NCBI GenBank assembly: GCA_964399675.1
Contig: CAYNRK010000001.1
Location: forward strand, 424 to 64,423
Length of the DNA stretch: 64,000 nt
Source: an uncultured Gammaproteobacteria bacterium
GTDB taxonomy: Bacteria > Patescibacteriota > Patescibacteriia > UBA9934 > GWF2-40-263
Reading direction: 5' to 3'
Position numbers and translations under genes: made by a program. This document shows positions 59,075-64,000 of the stretch, piece after piece (the stretch's first letter is position 1; each line of letters opens with the position of its first letter). Under the pieces are notes generated by a model. That model saw nothing but the letters and a program-made list of their open reading frames with translations, made no database searches and was not told the DNA's origin.

Positions 59075-59584
59075 ATGAAAAACGGTTTTACACTTATTGG
59101 AATAATCATCTACATTGCAATTTTCTTTTTGTTTTTTGTGGCGCTTGTTCAGTTTTCGCAAAATATTGTGCTCACTGCGGAAAAGGCAAGAGTAATTCAC
59201 GAGGTTGAACAAAACGCACGCTTTGCTCTTGAACGAATCACTCGCGAAATCCAGTCAGCTGATGATGTGAATGTTGGAGCATCAACTTTTGAAAGTCATC
59301 CCGGGGTTCTTTCACTTGCTGATGACACACTTGCAAATGACCCAACAGTTTTTGATGTTAGTGACGGTAGGCTGAGAATCACAGAAGGAGCAGGGAGTCC
59401 AATACTTTTAACATCCAGCAAAGTCACAGTCACGAATTTGGTTTTTACTGATTTAAGTATTACAGATCGAACCAAAAATATTCATATTTCACTGACAGTT
59501 GAGCACGCCAATGCAGAGAGTATTACTTATACAACATCCATTTCAATTCAGAACTCAATTGTTATTCGCGAAGAAGAGGATTAA
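59075..59584 (+). CDS. Minor pilin (PilW/GspJ-like)
   Basis: G|FTLIG (Gly at +5), RFALERITREIQ. Confidence 0.8.
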   Translation: MKNGFTLIGIIIYIAIFFLFFVALVQFSQNIVLTAEKARVIHEVEQNARFALERITREIQSADDVNVGASTFESHPGVLSLADDTLANDPTVFDVSDGRLRITEGAGSPILLTSSKVTVTNLVFTDLSITDRTKNIHISLTVEHANAESITYTTSISIQNSIVIREEED

Positions 59585-59587
59585 TTT

Positions 59588-60001
59588 ATGAATCACCAAC
59601 TATTAAACAATAATCAGGGCGCAGCAGCACTTATTACAGTGATTGCTGTTATGGCAATTTTGTTTAGTTTGATTACTGTTGTTAGTAAGTTTAGTTTAAA
59701 TGGACTTGCGATTAACTTAGAATCAGATCAGTCACACAAGGCTTTGCAGATTGCAGAGGCCTGCGCAGAAGAATCAGCACTTCGTTTGAAACTTGATTCA
59801 AGTTATACTGGTGGAAGCCTAACGTTTGCTGTCGGAAGCTGTACTATTTCAATAAGCGGTGCTGGCACAACACGAACTGCAACAGTTGTTGCAACAGTTG
59901 GTCAAAACACAAGAGACGTTCAGGTAAATCTAACACTTGTCTCAAACATTTCTGCTACTGCAGAAGGGTTGAATTTTAGTAATTGGGAGGAGAAAAATTA
60001 G
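59588..60001 (+). CDS. PilX/GspK-like minor pilin
   Basis: QG|AAALITVI, ALQIAEAC.E. Confidence 0.8.
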   Translation: MNHQLLNNNQGAAALITVIAVMAILFSLITVVSKFSLNGLAINLESDQSHKALQIAEACAEESALRLKLDSSYTGGSLTFAVGSCTISISGAGTTRTATVVATVGQNTRDVQVNLTLVSNISATAEGLNFSNWEEKN

Positions 60002-60126
60002 GAGATTTTATCTAAAAAAGTTGTGGATACCATATTACAACCATAAAAGAATACGTGTTATACTTTAATTAACAAGAATCTGCAATTCTTTTAATACCAA
60101 AACAATTTTATTTAAAGATTGAATTT

Positions 60127-60660
60127 ATGAAAATTAATAAAACAAATCAACAAGGTTTTACTTTAATCGAACTTATCGTTGTGGTCGCTATTATCGCAAT
60201 TTTGGCAGCAGTGGTTTTTGTGGCACTTGATCCTGCTACCAGGTTTCAGGATGCAAGAGACGCTGTGCGCGACTCAGACGTAAATGAAGCATTAACGGCA
60301 GTAAAATTAGATCAAGTTGACAACGGAGGAACATATCTTGCTTCAATTGCTGGAATGACAGCAGGAGAAATTTACATGGCAGTGAATGGCGCTCTCATGG
60401 TAGCTGGTTGTGATGATAACAACGCAAGCTGTGATTCAAATGTTACAAGTGATACTCATTGTGTAAATGTGGCAGGTTTAATTTCTGAAGGTTATCTGCC
60501 AAGCATGCCAATAAGTCCAACCGGATCTATCACATGGGATGATGGTAATGCAGTAGGAGAAGAAGGTAGTGGATATACATTATCAAGATCAGCAACAGGG
60601 ATTATTACAGTGCGTGCATGTGAGTCTGAGAACACAACCGAAATTTCCGCTGCAAGATAA
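60127..60660 (+). CDS. Type IV major-like pilin 1
   Basis: G|FTLIELIVVVAIIAILAA, ARDAVR, four Cys. Confidence 0.92.
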   Translation: MKINKTNQQGFTLIELIVVVAIIAILAAVVFVALDPATRFQDARDAVRDSDVNEALTAVKLDQVDNGGTYLASIAGMTAGEIYMAVNGALMVAGCDDNNASCDSNVTSDTHCVNVAGLISEGYLPSMPISPTGSITWDDGNAVGEEGSGYTLSRSATGIITVRACESENTTEISAAR

Positions 60661-60687
60661 TTTTTATAAATTTAATTCAATATTATT

Positions 60688-61215
60688 ATGAAAACACAAA
60701 AAACACTTGGGTTTACATTAGTTGAGCTCTTGGTGGTCATTGCCATCATTGCCATTTTGGCTCTTGTCGTTTTTGTTGCTTTAGACCCGGCAACACGTTT
60801 CCAGGACGCTCGAGATTCTGTTCGGGCAACTGCTGTTGAGGAAATGCTCAGCGCTGTTAAATTGGATCAAGTTGACAATGGGGGAACATACCTTGCATCA
60901 ATTGCAGCAATGACCGCGGGTGAGACTTACATGGTGGTTAATGGTGCCCTAATGGTTGCTGGATGTGATGACAATAACGCAGCTTGTGACACAAATGTTA
61001 CAGGCGACGCGCATTGTGTAAACATTGCAGGACTTCTTACTGAAGGGTATGTGGCTGAAATGCCAATTAGCCCTGCCGGTACTATCACATGGGATGATGG
61101 TAACGCAGTTGGAGAAGAGGGTAGTGGATATACAATGTCACGTGATGCAACCGGTGTTATAACTGTTCGCGCTTGCGAATCAGAGAACACTACGGAAATT
61201 TCCGTTGCACGATAA
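60688..61215 (+). CDS. Type IV major-like pilin 2 (paralogue)
   Basis: G|FTLVELLVV; about 30 substitutions versus pilin 1. Confidence 0.92.
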   Translation: MKTQKTLGFTLVELLVVIAIIAILALVVFVALDPATRFQDARDSVRATAVEEMLSAVKLDQVDNGGTYLASIAAMTAGETYMVVNGALMVAGCDDNNAACDTNVTGDAHCVNIAGLLTEGYVAEMPISPAGTITWDDGNAVGEEGSGYTMSRDATGVITVRACESENTTEISVAR

Positions 61216-61337
61216 AAAAGTCAAAAAGGAAAAACACGGACCTTTATGCAATTATTGCAAAAGGATCCGTGTTGCTTTTTTATATGGTGGTTTTGAGATT
61301 TAATTGAAGAAATTGATCATTTGATGATTTATTTATT

Positions 61338-62687
61338 ATGGCAAAACCAAAAGACAAATTAGAGGGTAAAGAGGTTAAAGAAGTCCGAGAGGTGAAAGAT
61401 GTAAAAGAGGTAAAAAAGGGTGTTGATTCCAAAAAAATAAAGACAATCAATGTTCCTAAAAAAGCAGAGATTGAAGCAATGGTAACAAAGGCTGATTCCA
61501 AGAAAAAAGATGAAGGGGCTACTCGTCTTTTTGACAGCCTGTTTTTATTTGCACACAAAGCAAGAGCATCAGACATTCATTTTGAGCCGGGAAGAGCAGA
61601 GTGTCTTGTTAGATTGCGAATCGACGGAATCCTTCGGGATGAGTTTGTATTACCAGTGGCAGTGCACGCAAGACTAATCTCACTTTTAAAAATTCGAACT
61701 CACATGCGCACTGATGAGCATCGTGCGCCACAAGATGGAAGATATCAGTTTTCAACAAGTACAGGAGATGTTGATATCCGAGCATCAGTCATGCCGGTAT
61801 CAGATGGTGAAAAAGCAGTGCTCAGGCTTCTTTCTGCAGAGTCTCACAAATTAACTCTTGAGCAACTTGGGTTTTCTGAAAAAGATCATGCCAGTGTTGA
61901 AAAAGCTGTTAAAAAACCTTGGGGCATGATTCTTGCAACAGGTCCCACAGGAAGCGGAAAGACCACGACCATTTATGCAATTTTAGAAATTTTGAATAAG
62001 CGCGGAGTAAACATTTCAACAATTGAGGATCCGGTTGAGTTTTACATTCCAGGAGTAAATCAAAGCCAGGTAGATCGTGCTGCAAAATTAACATTTGCTT
62101 CCGGGCTTCGTACAATTGTTCGTCAGGATCCGGACATTATGATGGTTGGAGAAATTCGTGATGAAGAAACCGCAAAAATTGCAGTGAACGCAGCTCTGAC
62201 AGGCCACAAACTTCTTTCCACACTTCATACAAACAATGCCGCAACAACAATTCCACGACTTTTAGATATGAAAGTGGAGCCTTTTCTTCTTGCTTCAACA
62301 CTTATCGTATCTGTGGCACAGCGTTTAATGCGACGGGTTTGTACTGACTGCTGGTCAAGTGTGAAAATGACCAAAAAGGAAGCAGCGGATATTTTAGAAC
62401 CCGAAACCCTTGAGTCATTATTTGAAAAAAAATCAAGTGTTTCTGTTGCAAAAGTGAAAGGATGTAAATCGTGTGGGGAAACCGGTTATCATGGGCGGGT
62501 TGGAATTTTTGAGGTCTTGTCGGTAAACGAAGAAATTCAAAAACTTATTATCCAACGTGCAACAAGCGAAGAGATCAATGCAAAAGCAATTGAACAAGGT
62601 ATGACCTCACTTGCTGAAGATGGAATAAAAAAAGTTCTTTCTCTTGAAACAACTCTCGAAGAGTATCTTCGGGTAATGCAAGAATAA
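61338..62687 (+). CDS. pilB: Type IV pilus assembly ATPase (PilB/GspE), short N-terminus
   Basis: ASDIHFEP, PQDGR, GPTGSGKTTT, EDPVE, CTDC/CKSC Zn motif. Confidence 0.93.
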   Translation: MAKPKDKLEGKEVKEVREVKDVKEVKKGVDSKKIKTINVPKKAEIEAMVTKADSKKKDEGATRLFDSLFLFAHKARASDIHFEPGRAECLVRLRIDGILRDEFVLPVAVHARLISLLKIRTHMRTDEHRAPQDGRYQFSTSTGDVDIRASVMPVSDGEKAVLRLLSAESHKLTLEQLGFSEKDHASVEKAVKKPWGMILATGPTGSGKTTTIYAILEILNKRGVNISTIEDPVEFYIPGVNQSQVDRAAKLTFASGLRTIVRQDPDIMMVGEIRDEETAKIAVNAALTGHKLLSTLHTNNAATTIPRLLDMKVEPFLLASTLIVSVAQRLMRRVCTDCWSSVKMTKKEAADILEPETLESLFEKKSSVSVAKVKGCKSCGETGYHGRVGIFEVLSVNEEIQKLIIQRATSEEINAKAIEQGMTSLAEDGIKKVLSLETTLEEYLRVMQE

Positions 62688-62689
62688 AT

Positions 62690-63574
62690 ATGTTTAAGCA
62701 TCTCAAATTACGAGCAAAGTTCCTTCTCGGTTTTCTCATAATCATTTTTCTAACAGGCGTTGCTGCGATTTATAGCATCACAACTGTTCAACAAGCAAAT
62801 AGAAATTTTAGAGATTTTGATGAGTACACGCTTTCAAAAACAGATACTTTTGTTGATTTTAAGGATTTTCTTAACATGGCAATTATTAGCGCCTATGAAG
62901 ATTCTTTTGATACAGAAGCTGAATTTCAAACCAGAGAATTATTAAATGAAGCAGAATTTTCTTTGGGGAAATATTTGGAGTTTTTAGGCCATGCCAACGG
63001 AGCTGATTCTTTTATTAATCATAGATTGCAAGTTGCATTTTCTGAGGTTGAAGATGAAATTGAGCAGCTTCTTGAATTGCACAATCAAGGGGCTGATCAG
63101 GAAGTTGTTCTCGAGCAAATGAAACAACTACGCATTGCAAAAACAAGAGCAATGAATTCTGTTCATGGCGAGGTTGACAAATTATTGGAACAGGAACGTG
63201 AATATGAAAGGCGTGCAAATAAGCAATTTTTAGCAAGAGCAACAAAAGTAACAGTTGGGATTTCAGTTATTATAATGCTTTTGATTGTTCTTGTTTCGCT
63301 ATATCTTTCACGTTCACTGGCAGGCAGAATTCTAAAAGCCAGACAGCTTGCTCTTGATATTGCAAGTGGCCAATTGGGCAAAAAAGTGGTTGTTGATTCA
63401 AAAGACGAAATCGGGGATCTTGCACTGGCTTTGAATATAATGACCGATCGCTTAAAGGATTTTTATGAAAACATTGAGGGTATGGCACAGGAAAGAACAA
63501 AAGAATTGGAAGAAGCAAAAAAAGATCTTGAGAAAAAGGTAAAAGAGCGTACAAAAAAATTAGAGAAAAAATAA
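62690..63574 (+). CDS. Two-TM four-helix sensor with HAMP domain, no output domain
   Basis: LRAKFLLGF TM1, helical extracytoplasmic part, TM2, SKDEIGDLA..LN.M, ERTKEL S-helix then stop. Confidence 0.8.
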   Translation: MFKHLKLRAKFLLGFLIIIFLTGVAAIYSITTVQQANRNFRDFDEYTLSKTDTFVDFKDFLNMAIISAYEDSFDTEAEFQTRELLNEAEFSLGKYLEFLGHANGADSFINHRLQVAFSEVEDEIEQLLELHNQGADQEVVLEQMKQLRIAKTRAMNSVHGEVDKLLEQEREYERRANKQFLARATKVTVGISVIIMLLIVLVSLYLSRSLAGRILKARQLALDIASGQLGKKVVVDSKDEIGDLALALNIMTDRLKDFYENIEGMAQERTKELEEAKKDLEKKVKERTKKLEKK

Positions 63575-63575
63575 G

Positions 63576-64000
63576 ATGGCAAACATAGAATCAAAACAAA
63601 AAATTTCTCTGGCAGGACTATGGAAACGAGTAAATGTAAGACTTTCTCACAAAGAACGTTTGATTTTTACTAAGTATCTATCGGTTCTGTTGCGTTCCGG
63701 ATTGGCCATTGATGAAGCTGTTGAGGTTCTTGGTGCACAATCAAAAGGGCCGCTTAAGAAAATTATTGCTGATGTCTCAAAAACACTTGCACGAGGAGAC
63801 ACGCTTGCTGATGGGCTATCAATTCACCCACAAGTCTTTTCCCCTGTGTACATTAATTTGATCGGAGCCGGTGAAGCATCCGGAACCCTTCAAGAAAATC
63901 TTGAGCATCTTGTTCACCAATTGCAAAAGGATTATGATCTTCGTCAGAAAGTTCGGGGAGCAATGATTTATCCAATGATCATTGTTGCAAGTGCGGTTTT
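63576..64000 (+). CDS. pilC: Second PilC/T2SSF platform protein (runs off window)
   Basis: Manual translation: FTKYLSVLLRSGL, GAGEASGTL, GAMIYP. Confidence 0.9.
   Translation, partial: MANIESKQKISLAGLWKRVNVRLSHKERLIFTKYLSVLLRSGLAIDEAVEVLGAQSKGPLKKIIADVSKTLARGDTLADGLSIHPQVFSPVYINLIGAGEASGTLQENLEHLVHQLQKDYDLRQKVRGAMIYPMIIVASAV

Overview
AT-leaning (about 40% GC by eye) bacterial chromosome segment that looks like Patescibacteria/CPR (ABY1/Uhrbacteria-like). The taxonomy is inferred from compact rpoBC without rplKAJL, GQSLVE-type pilins, Gmad2 and HTH-LAGLIDADG proteins and Shine-Dalgarno (SD)-less core genes. It holds rmuC, five canonical tRNAs, a surface-protein operon ending in a 3273-aa fibre-like adhesin, ychF, rpsF-ssb-rpsR, fic, epmA-efp, recA, ftsK, rpoBC, ruvC, gpmI and a type IV pilus cluster. 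Five GC-rich, SD-led singleton loci (pyrF, pyrE, an M50 peptidase, a 540-aa unknown, pyrB) are scattered among these genes. The strongest unexplained signals are: (1) a unit at 37811-40280 with a structured leader, an ArfA-like small basic protein, a 17-codon ORF, a ~270-nt multibranch RNA and a Zn-finger orphan protein; (2) a D-arm-reduced, alanine-identity tRNA-like RNA at 35305-35372 with a downstream 15-nt perfect anti-sequence; (3) a ~180-nt rod-shaped ncRNA with its own promoter upstream of rpoBC; (4) palindromic elements inserted in frame into several proteins. I saw no CRISPR array, transposase, integrase or reverse transcriptase. All RNA folds and family calls were made by eye and are not computed.
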